DNA from: a virus
Lineage: Duplodnaviria > Caudoviricetes
IMG/VR virus record: IMGVR_UViG_3300049174_000047
Coordinates: 7,731-71,730 of that record
Reading direction: 5' to 3' (one strand)
DNA length: 64,000 bases
Each line of letters begins with the position of its first letter. Within the stretch, counting starts at the first letter, position 1. The notes beneath the pieces were generated by a model, which saw only the letters and a program-made list of their open reading frames with translations, did not search any database and was not told the origin of the DNA. This document shows, in pieces, positions 25,961 through 34,609 of the stretch. The position numbers were made by a program, and so were the translations under genes.

Positions 25961-28810
25961 GTGAGAGGCGATGACTGGGGCGACCCCCACTTCCGTTCCT
26001 GCGACGAGCTGCCGGGAGACCGTCGCGAGCTGACGGCCGCGCATATCAAGTGGGCCGAATCCGACGCGGCCGAGGAGCAGCTGATCCGGCCCTATCGCGG
26101 GCGCTACGGGGCAATCCAGCGGGGCTTCCAGTTCAAGCCGGGCTTTCTCTACACCCAGGTGCGGGCCATCGCCGCTCGGATCAACCAGAACTTCGACGGG
26201 TGGCCGTCGGGTGAACTAAAGAAAAGCTATAGAACTTTTCTAGGTAAACCGTGCTTCGTCAATCATCAAAATTTTGACCCCGCCAAGGCCCGCGGCAAGG
26301 TCATCGCGGCCCGCTACATCGAGAACGGCCGGGACAAGTACGTGGACGTGATTCAGGAGATCGACGCCCAGCGCTTCCCCAAGCTGGCCCATGAGATCAA
26401 GACCGGCGGGATGGACTCGGTCTCGATGGGTGTCGAGGCGGGCTTCACGATCTGCAGTTATTGCGGAAACAAAGCGGTGGACGAGGACGACTTCTGCTCC
26501 CACGTCAAGTACCACAAGGGCCGTATCCTGCCGCGCATCAACGCCAAGACCGGGGCCCATGAGGACGTGCTGGTCTACGAGAAGTGCCACAAATTGGGGT
26601 TCTTCGAGTTGAGCTTCGTGTTCGACCCCGCCGACGAGACTGCCGTGGTCAGCCGGGTGCTCTCGGCCAGCCGCACCGCCCAGGCCCCGGCCGAGCAGAT
26701 CCCCGGTGAGATGCAGACCTACTCCGACTTCCCCTACGTCGATATGCCGAGCCCGATGATGCCTCAAGCCAGCCGACGCCGCGCTTACGGCGAGGCCGAG
26801 CAGCCCGACGATGACTGTTTCTGCACCTGTGAGGACCACCATCACGACGATCCCGAGTGGGAAGAGCAGTGGCGCGACACCGGGGAAGAGGCTCCCGAGG
26901 ACATCGACACTCTGCGCGACGACGACGAGTCCGAGGGCGAGGACTCATTTAAACACTACGTCGAGAGCCCTAAAGAGTTGAGAGGTCCTGATCTCGATCA
27001 GACCAAGCGCCTCGACCGAGCACAAGAGCAGGAAGGACTCGACGCGGATCGTCGCGTGGAGGACGTGGAAAACGTAGAAGGAGTTCCCATGCCCCGCACC
27101 GGACGCCGCACTCGAAGGAGCACCCGTATGAGCACGCTGGTCGATCCCCGCACCGGGCGGCGCTTCGTCGCCGCCGACGAGCTGCCTCCCGAGGTGCTGC
27201 AGGCCTTGATGGCTGGCGGCGGGGGTGGTGGTGCCCCCATGCCGATGGACGACGGCGGGGGCGGCTTCCCGCCTCCCGATGACGGTGGTTTCCCGCCCGA
27301 GGACGAGGGTGACTTCCCGCCGTCCGACGAGGGTGACGAGTTCCCCGAGGACGAGTTCGGCGGGGAGGACGAGGACGACTACGGCGACGAGGGCGACGAG
27401 GGCGACGAGGGTGAAGAGTCCGACGAGGACCTCATCGAGGAGGCCGAGGAGGACCTAGAGCAGGCCGAAGGCGAGGAGGGCTACGGCGAGGAAGAGGAAT
27501 ACCCCGAAGAGGGTGAGGACGAGTTCGGCGGCGAGGAGTACCCCGAGGACGAGGAAGAGGAAGGCCCGCCGCCAGAGTTTTTGGCCCGCCGTCATGGAAA
27601 TCGCCGCACTTCCTACCAGAAGAAGAGAAGGGCTCGGAAAGGAACGCCGATGAGTCTCGCAGCTCGCAACCGTGTGGCCAGCGTTGGCCGTCGCCGCCAC
27701 TACGCCGACGACTCGGGCCACTTCGACAGTGGGCCCTATGGCGAAGATAACCAGGGCCAGCAGGAGGACGTGTTCATCAGCCAGACGCCGGGCACCGAGC
27801 CGGTGGCAGACCCGACGCCGGGCGACGGCACGATCTCCAACACCGAGAAGAACCTGGTGGCCCGCATCCAGGCCCGCAACAACGAGCAGCGCCGCGACCT
27901 GATCGCCTACGAGCAGATCACCGGGCGGCGCATCCGCGCCGACGGGCACGCCACCGAGAACCCCGACGAGGTCAACCCGACCGTCAACACCGGGCCGGGC
28001 GGCGAGGAGCAGACCGGCGACGACTTCGAGTCGCTGGCCCTGGACAACGAGGAGACCCAGCCCAAGAACGCCTCGCTGGCTCCCTTCAAGGCCTTCAACA
28101 CCTGGCTGTACCAGACCACCGGCCGCCAGGCCCGCCAGCACGGCAACGCCACGTTCCTGCGCCGCCAGGCGGCCCGGTTCTGCCAGGCCTCCGGTTATTC
28201 AGTCGAGTCGCTGTTCCCGGCCATGGGGATGGTGTTGCGCGAGATCCGCGCCAATCAAGGGAGGACCGCCATGCGCCGGTACGCCGACGACAAGCTGGAT
28301 GTTGCGGCCCCGCAGGACCGCATCGACGTAGAGCAGCCGGTATCGGACACCACCGACGCCGACGCGCAGGCGAGTCAGTTCGGCCTGAGTGACTTCGGCG
28401 GCAACGCCGGGGACAACCTGGCCGATCCCAATCTCGACACCGACTCCCAGATCTGGGCTCCCGGAGAGAAGCCAGCTGGGTTCAAGAGTTCCAACCGCAA
28501 GGCTGACGGCATCACCGCGGTGCGTTACGCGGAGGCCTTCATCGAGGCGGGGCTGGCCCCCAACACTCCCGAGGAGAAATGGAAGCTCGCGGGGCTGGCA
28601 CAGACGATGCGCCACGGCACCATCGTGGATCGCATCCGATTGCTGGACGCCGTGAACACCGTTCACCAAGCCAGCAGACGCCGCACCGCAGGAGTCAGCG
28701 GTGCCGGTCGTGGTATTCCACAGGGCTTCGGTGGCCGTCAGTTGACCGCGGGAGTCGTGCGGGAGGCCGCAAACGACATCGCAACAGACAGCGCCATCTT
28801 CCTCAAGTAG
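25961..28810 (+). CDS. Prohead (capsid maturation) protease fused to scaffold
   Basis: F.GKP.FVNH (His), DSVSMG (Ser), C..C...C.H zinc insert, FFELSFV.DPAD.TA; long acidic/basic scaffold-like C-terminus; lies upstream of decoration and capsid genes. Confidence 0.85.
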   Translation: MRGDDWGDPHFRSCDELPGDRRELTAAHIKWAESDAAEEQLIRPYRGRYGAIQRGFQFKPGFLYTQVRAIAARINQNFDGWPSGELKKSYRTFLGKPCFVNHQNFDPAKARGKVIAARYIENGRDKYVDVIQEIDAQRFPKLAHEIKTGGMDSVSMGVEAGFTICSYCGNKAVDEDDFCSHVKYHKGRILPRINAKTGAHEDVLVYEKCHKLGFFELSFVFDPADETAVVSRVLSASRTAQAPAEQIPGEMQTYSDFPYVDMPSPMMPQASRRRAYGEAEQPDDDCFCTCEDHHHDDPEWEEQWRDTGEEAPEDIDTLRDDDESEGEDSFKHYVESPKELRGPDLDQTKRLDRAQEQEGLDADRRVEDVENVEGVPMPRTGRRTRRSTRMSTLVDPRTGRRFVAADELPPEVLQALMAGGGGGGAPMPMDDGGGGFPPPDDGGFPPEDEGDFPPSDEGDEFPEDEFGGEDEDDYGDEGDEGDEGEESDEDLIEEAEEDLEQAEGEEGYGEEEEYPEEGEDEFGGEEYPEDEEEEGPPPEFLARRHGNRRTSYQKKRRARKGTPMSLAARNRVASVGRRRHYADDSGHFDSGPYGEDNQGQQEDVFISQTPGTEPVADPTPGDGTISNTEKNLVARIQARNNEQRRDLIAYEQITGRRIRADGHATENPDEVNPTVNTGPGGEEQTGDDFESLALDNEETQPKNASLAPFKAFNTWLYQTTGRQARQHGNATFLRRQAARFCQASGYSVESLFPAMGMVLREIRANQGRTAMRRYADDKLDVAAPQDRIDVEQPVSDTTDADAQASQFGLSDFGGNAGDNLADPNLDTDSQIWAPGEKPAGFKSSNRKADGITAVRYAEAFIEAGLAPNTPEEKWKLAGLAQTMRHGTIVDRIRLLDAVNTVHQASRRRTAGVSGAGRGIPQGFGGRQLTAGVVREAANDIATDSAIFLK

Positions 28811-28840
28811 CGCGTAGACACCTGAAAGGAGGCGAACACC

Positions 28841-29374
28841 ATGTTTAGGCCACCCATCTCCAACCCGGCGCTCAAGCGTTCGATCCGACCGATCTACGCG
28901 CAGCACCAGGCGACGACATACGGGGGTTTCTTGGACCCTGCATGGGCCCGTTCGTTCGACATCTACCCCGGCACTGTGATGTGCCGACTCAACAAGGAGA
29001 TCTTCACCCCCTTCACCGGGGCCGGGAACCAGAAGCCTTTCGGGCTCTCTGCGCTCTTCCTGGCACCCCAGCTCGGGGTGGATGAATCCACGGCCACCGG
29101 CACCAACCTCTTCACGGTCTGGGTCGGCGGCGAGCAGGCGGTATTCGAGATCCTGGCCCCCGGCTTCGACTCGACGGCCAACTGGTCCTCGGCCAACGTC
29201 ACCGACGGCGGTTTCCAGCTGTTGACGGCGACCAACCAGGGCCTGCTCACCCCAACCGGCGCGAACAACAACAACGCCATCGCCGAGCTGATCGACGTGC
29301 CGACCACCGACAAGATCCTCATTCGACTGAATCGCTACAACTTCGCGACCTCAGTCGCCGTGGGACCGCTGTAA
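28841..29374 (+). CDS. Capsid decoration/stabilising protein
   Basis: Between protease and major capsid; RBS AAAGGAGG; beta-rich 177 aa. Confidence 0.65.
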   Translation: MFRPPISNPALKRSIRPIYAQHQATTYGGFLDPAWARSFDIYPGTVMCRLNKEIFTPFTGAGNQKPFGLSALFLAPQLGVDESTATGTNLFTVWVGGEQAVFEILAPGFDSTANWSSANVTDGGFQLLTATNQGLLTPTGANNNNAIAELIDVPTTDKILIRLNRYNFATSVAVGPL

Positions 29375-29390
29375 GGAGGCATTGAACATC

Positions 29391-30398
29391 ATGACTACGG
29401 CAATCCCGCAGGCCATCGGTTCCGGCCTGCAGCGCATCGCCCGCAACTCGGAGGACTACGTCGCCGACATCCAGCGGGTCATGGACCGGATGGGAGGCCA
29501 GAAGCTCAGCCATCGGCAGAAGCAAGCCAAATTGGCGCACATTCTGGGCGACCGTCAGAACGGAATGATGCGGCTCGGACAAAGCATGATCGGGCCAATT
29601 CAGCTCCAATTGCGTTACCAAGGTATTTTGAGAAACGTATTGCTGGAAGATACCCTCACTCCCGGCGTACCCATTCAGTACGATGTGCTGGATGACCTTG
29701 GTCAGGCCTACATGCTCCACGGCGACGAGGGTGAAATCAAAATCACGCCGTTTGAAGGCAAGCGCGTGGAGGTGCAATTGTTCCGAATTGCATCATTCCC
29801 GAAAATTAAAAAGGAGGATTTGTACTACCTCCGCAGTAATATCGTGGAATACACACAAGACATGACGAAGCAGGCCATTATGCGGCAGGAAGATAGCCGC
29901 CTGGTGACCTTGCTCGAAGTGTCGGCGGCTAATTACCGCCTGGTGGATACGACCGCCGTTCCTGGCACCGGCTCACTTCCCAACGAAATCACAATCGGTG
30001 GGTCCACGCTGATGCCGAGCGACCTCTACACCGCCGTGACCTTCACGGATCAGCGGATGTTGGACTCCTCGCGGTTGCTCTGCAATCCGCAAGAATACCG
30101 CGACTTTTACCGCTGGGAAATTGCGACCACGGGCTGGGCATTTAAAGACAGCGTGGTGGCCGGTGAAAAGATCGTGCAATTCGGCGAGTTCCAAATCGGC
30201 AAGAGCATCATCATCCCCCGCGGGACGGTGTACCTGACCCCCGAGCCGACCTTCCTCGGCGTATTCCCGGTCATGTATTCCTTGGATGTCGAGGAAAACA
30301 ACCAGGTGGAGCAATTCCACAAAGGCTGGGTTATGGACGAATTGGTTGGAATGGTGGTCCTAAACCCCCGCGGCATAATTATCCTGCGGAAGGCGTAA
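29391..30398 (+). CDS. Major capsid protein (HK97 fold)
   Basis: 335 aa after the decoration gene; RBS AAGGAGG; terminal GW...E.VG.VVLNPRGI motif. Confidence 0.85.
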   Translation: MTTAIPQAIGSGLQRIARNSEDYVADIQRVMDRMGGQKLSHRQKQAKLAHILGDRQNGMMRLGQSMIGPIQLQLRYQGILRNVLLEDTLTPGVPIQYDVLDDLGQAYMLHGDEGEIKITPFEGKRVEVQLFRIASFPKIKKEDLYYLRSNIVEYTQDMTKQAIMRQEDSRLVTLLEVSAANYRLVDTTAVPGTGSLPNEITIGGSTLMPSDLYTAVTFTDQRMLDSSRLLCNPQEYRDFYRWEIATTGWAFKDSVVAGEKIVQFGEFQIGKSIIIPRGTVYLTPEPTFLGVFPVMYSLDVEENNQVEQFHKGWVMDELVGMVVLNPRGIIILRKA

Positions 30399-30420
30399 TT
30401 CGCAGGAACCGACCCCGAAT

Positions 30421-30468
30421 TGGAAATGCCCGACCCCAGAATAAGCACCTTTGGGGCGGGCATTTCCA
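30421..30468 (+). terminator. Strong hairpin after the capsid gene (terminator or mRNA stabiliser)
   Basis: TGGAAATGCCCG / CGGGCATTTCCA perfect 12-bp stem plus inner CCCCA/TGGGG; no U-tract; abuts the next RBS. Confidence 0.6.
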
Positions 30469-30480
30469 TAGGAGGACCGA

Positions 30481-31047
30481 ATGGAATTGCACAATTCACG
30501 GGGGCGATTGCAATTAATCCTGTGGGTTGTCGGTTTTATCATTCTCGTCATTCTGTTTCTCGATCCCAAGGCCCAGGCCGACAGTGGGGCAGCCCCGGTT
30601 CAGCCCATCGCCCCCGGCGGGGGCCTCGGCGGCGGCATCGGTGACATCAACTTCAACCCTGAGATCTCCACCCCCGAGATCGCCCCCCAGGAGGCGGTGT
30701 TCCTGTGCCCCGGCGTCGGCGGTGCGGCCGTCGTGCTCGGCATGGGCGGGGGCTACTGCGACTTCGACTTCACCAAGAACCCCAGCGGTCCCGGCTGGAA
30801 TCACATCCACTGCGAGTGGGGCGGGGCTTCCCCGCTGATCTCCATGTGGAACTGTTGGACTGTCTTTCCGGGCCAGCCAGATCACCCGGCCCATCAGGAC
30901 CCCCGGATCATCCCTGATGGCATGGGCGTGCCGTGGGCCATCCTGGGCCCGGACAAGGCCGACCAGTGGCCACCGCCCGGCCTGGCCCCCGCGGCCGACT
31001 TGATCCCGCCCCCGGCTCCCGAGGAAGCCCCGCCGCCGGGACCATGA
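30481..31047 (+). CDS. Secreted/exported Cys-containing protein
   Basis: N-terminal hydrophobic stretch ending KAQA-DS (signal peptide); four Cys (FLCPG, GYCDF, IHCEW, WNCW); Pro-rich tail. Confidence 0.75.
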   Translation: MELHNSRGRLQLILWVVGFIILVILFLDPKAQADSGAAPVQPIAPGGGLGGGIGDINFNPEISTPEIAPQEAVFLCPGVGGAAVVLGMGGGYCDFDFTKNPSGPGWNHIHCEWGGASPLISMWNCWTVFPGQPDHPAHQDPRIIPDGMGVPWAILGPDKADQWPPPGLAPAADLIPPPAPEEAPPPGP

Positions 31048-31048
31048 G

Positions 31049-31210
31049 GTGCGCCACTTCACCTGTCAGCGGTGTCACGTCAACTGGTCGGGTCGGCGCA
31101 ACAGCTGCTGGATGTGCAAGCGCACCGACAAGGTGATGCGGACCTGGGGCAGCTGCTGCTGGGCCAAGGTGGACTGCATGCTCTGCGCCTACGACGGTCC
31201 CCAGGATTAG
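31049..31210 (+). CDS. 53-aa Cys-rich (zinc-ribbon-like) protein
   Basis: GTG start; CQRC, CWMC, CC, CMLC; missed by the ORF track. Confidence 0.55.
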   Translation: MRHFTCQRCHVNWSGRRNSCWMCKRTDKVMRTWGSCCWAKVDCMLCAYDGPQD

Positions 31211-31908
31211 TACCAGGAGCCCTGCCGGGCCCCCGCGGGGGGCCCCGGCTGCTGGGGCTGCTGTTGCGGGCCGCTCAGGGTCTTGATGCCCAGGTCGTTG
31301 TAGTGGATCAGCGGGTGGTAGGGAACGCCCAGCTGTTTGAATTGTGCTGCAGTCTTGTCTCCGCGCTCGACCACCGGCATCACCGCGGCCACGTTGGCCC
31401 CGCTCTCGCGCACCTTGTGGTAGGCGTCCACCAAGCTCTTGCCCGAGTCGGCGACATCGTCGGTGAGGATGACGTTGTGGTTGGGCCCGATCTCGGTGCC
31501 CTCGATCCATTTGCCCAGCCCGTGCGTCTTGGCGTTGTCGCGCACCGTGTACCAGCCCATGTCGGGATTGGGGTGGTGGGCCACCATGGAGTGGCTGATC
31601 ACGTCGGCCCCCATCGTCGGCCCGCCGACGGCGTTGTAGTCGATGCCCAGCGCATGGGCGTGCTCAATCATGGCCTTGGCCAGGTTGTTCATGTGCCGCC
31701 CCGAGCTGAACACGTTCTTGGGGTCCAGGTAGACGTTGGTGGTGCGGCCGTCCTTGAGGGGCACCGGGGTCTCGCGGTACCGGCCGCCGATGTCGCGCAG
31801 GGCGTCCACGGTGGGTTGCCAGTGCGGCAACCGGGCCGCCTTCTCCTCGGGGGTCATTGACCCCAGACGATAGGCGAAGGACTCGGACTGGCGCTGGATT
31901 CTGAGCAT
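31207..31908 (-). CDS. pyrE: Orotate phosphoribosyltransferase-like type I PRTase
   Basis: VYLD, AVGGPTMGAD, R..AK.HG..KWIEG loop, VILTDDVADSGKS PRPP loop, VVERG; RBS AGGAGG. Confidence 0.85.
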   Translation of the reverse strand: MLRIQRQSESFAYRLGSMTPEEKAARLPHWQPTVDALRDIGGRYRETPVPLKDGRTTNVYLDPKNVFSSGRHMNNLAKAMIEHAHALGIDYNAVGGPTMGADVISHSMVAHHPNPDMGWYTVRDNAKTHGLGKWIEGTEIGPNHNVILTDDVADSGKSLVDAYHKVRESGANVAAVMPVVERGDKTAAQFKQLGVPYHPLIHYNDLGIKTLSGPQQQPQQPGPPAGARQGSWY

Positions 31909-31963
31909 GTTTGCCCTCCTCACTTATTTAGGGTCTCGTCGCCGAACATTCACCGCAGGCCGT

Positions 31964-31999
31964 CCTGTAATCCGATGCGGGAGCAAGGAGAAAGGGTGA
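31964..31999 (+). promoter_or_regulatory. Putative phage late promoter
   Basis: CCTGTA-N20-GAAAGGGTGA. Confidence 0.55.
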
Positions 32000-32020
32000 G
32001 AGGTTTCAAAGGAGGTGGCC

Positions 32021-32869
32021 ATGCCCGGCTTCAACGAGGACCTGCAACACCTGCTCCAAGATCTCTTCGGGCATCATCACCACGGCCTACATCAGAAACT
32101 AGACCAGATCGACAATAAATTGGAGGGCATCATGGCCGCGATACCGGACCTTCAGGCGTTGGGTGCAGCCATTCAGCAGATCGCTTCCAGCTTGAGCAGC
32201 TTCACCGCCACGGTGACCTCGCTGCAGAGCCAGGTAGCCACGCTACAGGCTCAGGCCACCGACCTGAGCACACAGTTGGACGCCGCCAAGGCCGACGACG
32301 CCGCCGACGAGGCGACCATCGCGAGCTACGAGGCACAGGCCCAGGCGCAGACCGATCAGGTGGCCGCGCTGACCGAGCAGCTGACCAGCCTGCAGGAGAC
32401 CGTGGACGCGCTCAACTCGGTCCTCAATCCCCCGGCCCCGGAGCCGCCGACCCCGGACGAGCCCCCGGCTCCCGATCAGCCCCCGGTCCCGGACGAGCCC
32501 CCGGTAGACACTCCTCCCGACGAGCCCCCGGTAGACACTCCTCCCGACGCCCCGCCCGAGGAGCCGCCGACCGACGACACTCCCCCGGACACTCCTCCGG
32601 TGGACACCCCGCCCGAGCCGCCGGTACCGACCGACCCCGAGGCCCCGGCGCAGCCAGCTGGCGACCTGCCACCGGACACCCCGGTAGTCGAGGTGCCCCC
32701 GGACTCCGAGCCACCGCACGACATCCCGCCGGATGCCCCGGTGGTCCCCGCTGGTGACCTTCCCCCGGACAGCACCGTGGTCCCGGTGGAGCCACCGGCC
32801 GAGCCAGCTGACGAGCCACCGGCCGACGAGGTTGTCGCCTCGAAGAGCCGGTCCCGCAAGCGCAAGTAG
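32021..32869 (+). CDS. Coiled-coil plus Pro/Asp-rich protein
   Basis: RBS AAAGGAGG; long heptad segment, then PPD/PPVDT repeats and a basic C-terminus. Confidence 0.75.
   Translation: MPGFNEDLQHLLQDLFGHHHHGLHQKLDQIDNKLEGIMAAIPDLQALGAAIQQIASSLSSFTATVTSLQSQVATLQAQATDLSTQLDAAKADDAADEATIASYEAQAQAQTDQVAALTEQLTSLQETVDALNSVLNPPAPEPPTPDEPPAPDQPPVPDEPPVDTPPDEPPVDTPPDAPPEEPPTDDTPPDTPPVDTPPEPPVPTDPEAPAQPAGDLPPDTPVVEVPPDSEPPHDIPPDAPVVPAGDLPPDSTVVPVEPPAEPADEPPADEVVASKSRSRKRK
32492..32545 (+). repeat. Exact 27-nt tandem duplication (DEPPVDTPP x2)
   Basis: GACGAGCCCCCGGTAGACACTCCTCCC twice. Confidence 0.95.
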
Positions 32870-32885
32870 CGCGGCCACAAACGAG

Positions 32886-32918
32886 AGCACGGGGCCCCCT
32901 GCGGGGGTGCCCCGTGCT
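32886..32918. terminator. GC-rich hairpin terminator
   Basis: AGCACGGGGC/GCCCCGTGCT stem with inner CCCC/GGGG. Confidence 0.65.
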
Positions 32919-33044
32919 GTGGCGTGTTTCATTGCCCGTTCTGATTGGAAATCCTCTACAGTTAGGGGCATCAGTACGAACCGCTTGAAGAAACGCGCCA
33001 GACACCGCCGCGACTGTTCACACGGCCTGGGAGGGGCCGCGACC

Positions 33045-33290
33045 ATGAGCACGGAAAAGCACAGCTACCTCATTGACCTGCTCGACACCGAGACCGCTCG
33101 GTGGGGGCAGTGCGTGTTCCAGTCCGAGTGCCCACACGGCATGCAGGAGTGGGCTGAGTACCTGGCGTCGAAGAATGACCTTCACGTCGTTGGCCCCGTC
33201 ACCAAGGAGAAGTTCCAGATGCGTCACCCCCAGGTGATGAAGGTCGATCCGCACGCCGCGGCCCACATCCCCATCGTGGACCCCGTCTAA
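33045..33290 (+). CDS. Hypothetical protein (81 aa)
   Basis: RBS GGGAGG; flanked by terminators. Confidence 0.7.
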   Translation: MSTEKHSYLIDLLDTETARWGQCVFQSECPHGMQEWAEYLASKNDLHVVGPVTKEKFQMRHPQVMKVDPHAAAHIPIVDPV

Positions 33291-33306
33291 AAGATCCCGA
33301 GACAAG

Positions 33307-33337
33307 CCCCCTGATCCCCCGGTCAGGGGGTTTTGTT
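33307..33337 (+). terminator. Rho-independent terminator
   Basis: CCCCCTGA/TCAGGGGG stem followed by TTTTGTT. Confidence 0.85.
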
Positions 33338-33346
33338 ATGCCCGGA

Positions 33347-33382
33347 CCTGTAGTCGGGCCTCTCAGCGTCCTGAATAAGTGA
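33347..33382 (+). promoter_or_regulatory. Putative phage late promoter
   Basis: CCTGTA-N20-GAATAAGTGA immediately after a terminator. Confidence 0.7.
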
Positions 33383-33424
33383 AGCCGCTACCCCTCGAAC
33401 GCGGCCTTACCGAAGAAGGACACC

Positions 33425-34036
33425 GTGACCGCTATCGAACCGACCGAGCTGGACTACGAGCCGCCGGTCAAGAAAGAGATGACCCTCCCTGAGCTGCGCA
33501 AGTACGACGGGCAGCTGTTCATCATGAACAACACCCCGAAGTACATCACCTTCCGTGAGAAGCGCGGCGACAAGACCGTTGACTTCGACCTGGAACCCGC
33601 GGGCGAACCCGACTCCATCACCTTCCTCCCGAAGGAGGCCCTCGACATGAGAGGGCTGCAGAAGATGTGGATGCGCGGCGACGTGACCATCTCCACCGAC
33701 CCGGAGATGGAGGACCAGATCATGCTGCTCAACGCGCAGGCCGTGGGGCTCTCGGAGCGGCGCATGGCCGAGATCATGGGCAAGACCACCGAGGCCGCCA
33801 ACCATCGCGACCTCGAAGAGAAGATGTGCCTGGTCTGCGGCCGGAAGAATCCGGTATCCGGCGTGGTGGAGCGCGGCCGGGTGCTGCAGAGCCGCCGCCA
33901 GGTCAAGGAGGGCTCCCCGCCGCTGTGCCCCGAGCACATCGACTCGGCCCGCAACTACGTTCCCCGGCTGGTCAACGTCAAGGGCGAGGACCACTGGGAG
34001 TTCGATCCCATCCAGATGACCGGACCCGTCCGCTAA
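33425..34036 (+). CDS. Hypothetical protein with C-terminal zinc-binding motif
   Basis: RBS GAAGGA; CLVC and CPEH. Confidence 0.8.
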   Translation: MTAIEPTELDYEPPVKKEMTLPELRKYDGQLFIMNNTPKYITFREKRGDKTVDFDLEPAGEPDSITFLPKEALDMRGLQKMWMRGDVTISTDPEMEDQIMLLNAQAVGLSERRMAEIMGKTTEAANHRDLEEKMCLVCGRKNPVSGVVERGRVLQSRRQVKEGSPPLCPEHIDSARNYVPRLVNVKGEDHWEFDPIQMTGPVR

Positions 34037-34046
34037 GGAGGCCATC

Positions 34047-34325
34047 ATGACCGCACCAGTGCCATTGCAAGGCGGCACCAACCCCTACACCGGGATGTAC
34101 ATGGCCCGCCAGTTCGACAACTGGATCGGCGGCGGCAGCCATCCCTACGCCGAGCAGACGGTGTTCGATCAGATGGTCACCCCGCCCACGACCGGGGCCA
34201 ACGCCGACGACTCGCCGGGCAAGCTGTTCGCCGAGAACACCAACCCGGTGGATCAGCACTCCTCGTCGTTCATGACGCAGGGCAACCCGGTGCCCAACCC
34301 GTACAGCAGACCGGCTGGGCAGTGA
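34047..34325 (+). CDS. Small virion-region protein
   Basis: RBS AAGGAGG. Confidence 0.75.
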   Translation: MTAPVPLQGGTNPYTGMYMARQFDNWIGGGSHPYAEQTVFDQMVTPPTTGANADDSPGKLFAENTNPVDQHSSSFMTQGNPVPNPYSRPAGQ

Positions 34326-34594
34326 GCGCACCCTTCGGCGACCCGGCCTACAACCCCAACGCCTGGAAGTTGGGGTATCAGAGCCGTCAGTTCGGGGTGG
34401 GTCAGGACCCCACCCCGACGGGGAGCGCTAACACCACTTCGCCGTCGGGAGTGCCGTCCAGCGTGCAGCCCTCACTGACCAGCCCGCCAGCCGCCATGAC
34501 GACGGCTGCCGGTAAAGCCCTGCCGCTGACCCAAGCGGGCGGCAAGTCCACTCCGCTCGCCACGCCTGAAGTAGTGACCACCCCGTCCCCCTAG
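34322..34594 (+). CDS. Small Ser/Thr/Pro-rich virion-region protein
   Basis: GTGA overlap. Confidence 0.6.
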   Translation: MSAPFGDPAYNPNAWKLGYQSRQFGVGQDPTPTGSANTTSPSGVPSSVQPSLTSPPAAMTTAAGKALPLTQAGGKSTPLATPEVVTTPSP

Positions 34595-34609
34595 TAAGGA
34601 GTCCCTCCC

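Noticed and set aside
17008-30398. Inteins or introns in portal, protease or capsid genes
   Set aside because: No C/S...HN splice motifs or LAGLIDADG blocks, and the frames are continuous
32932-32962. SigA-like promoter TTGCCC-N19-TACAGT
   Set aside because: Spacer is longer than usual and there is no independent support
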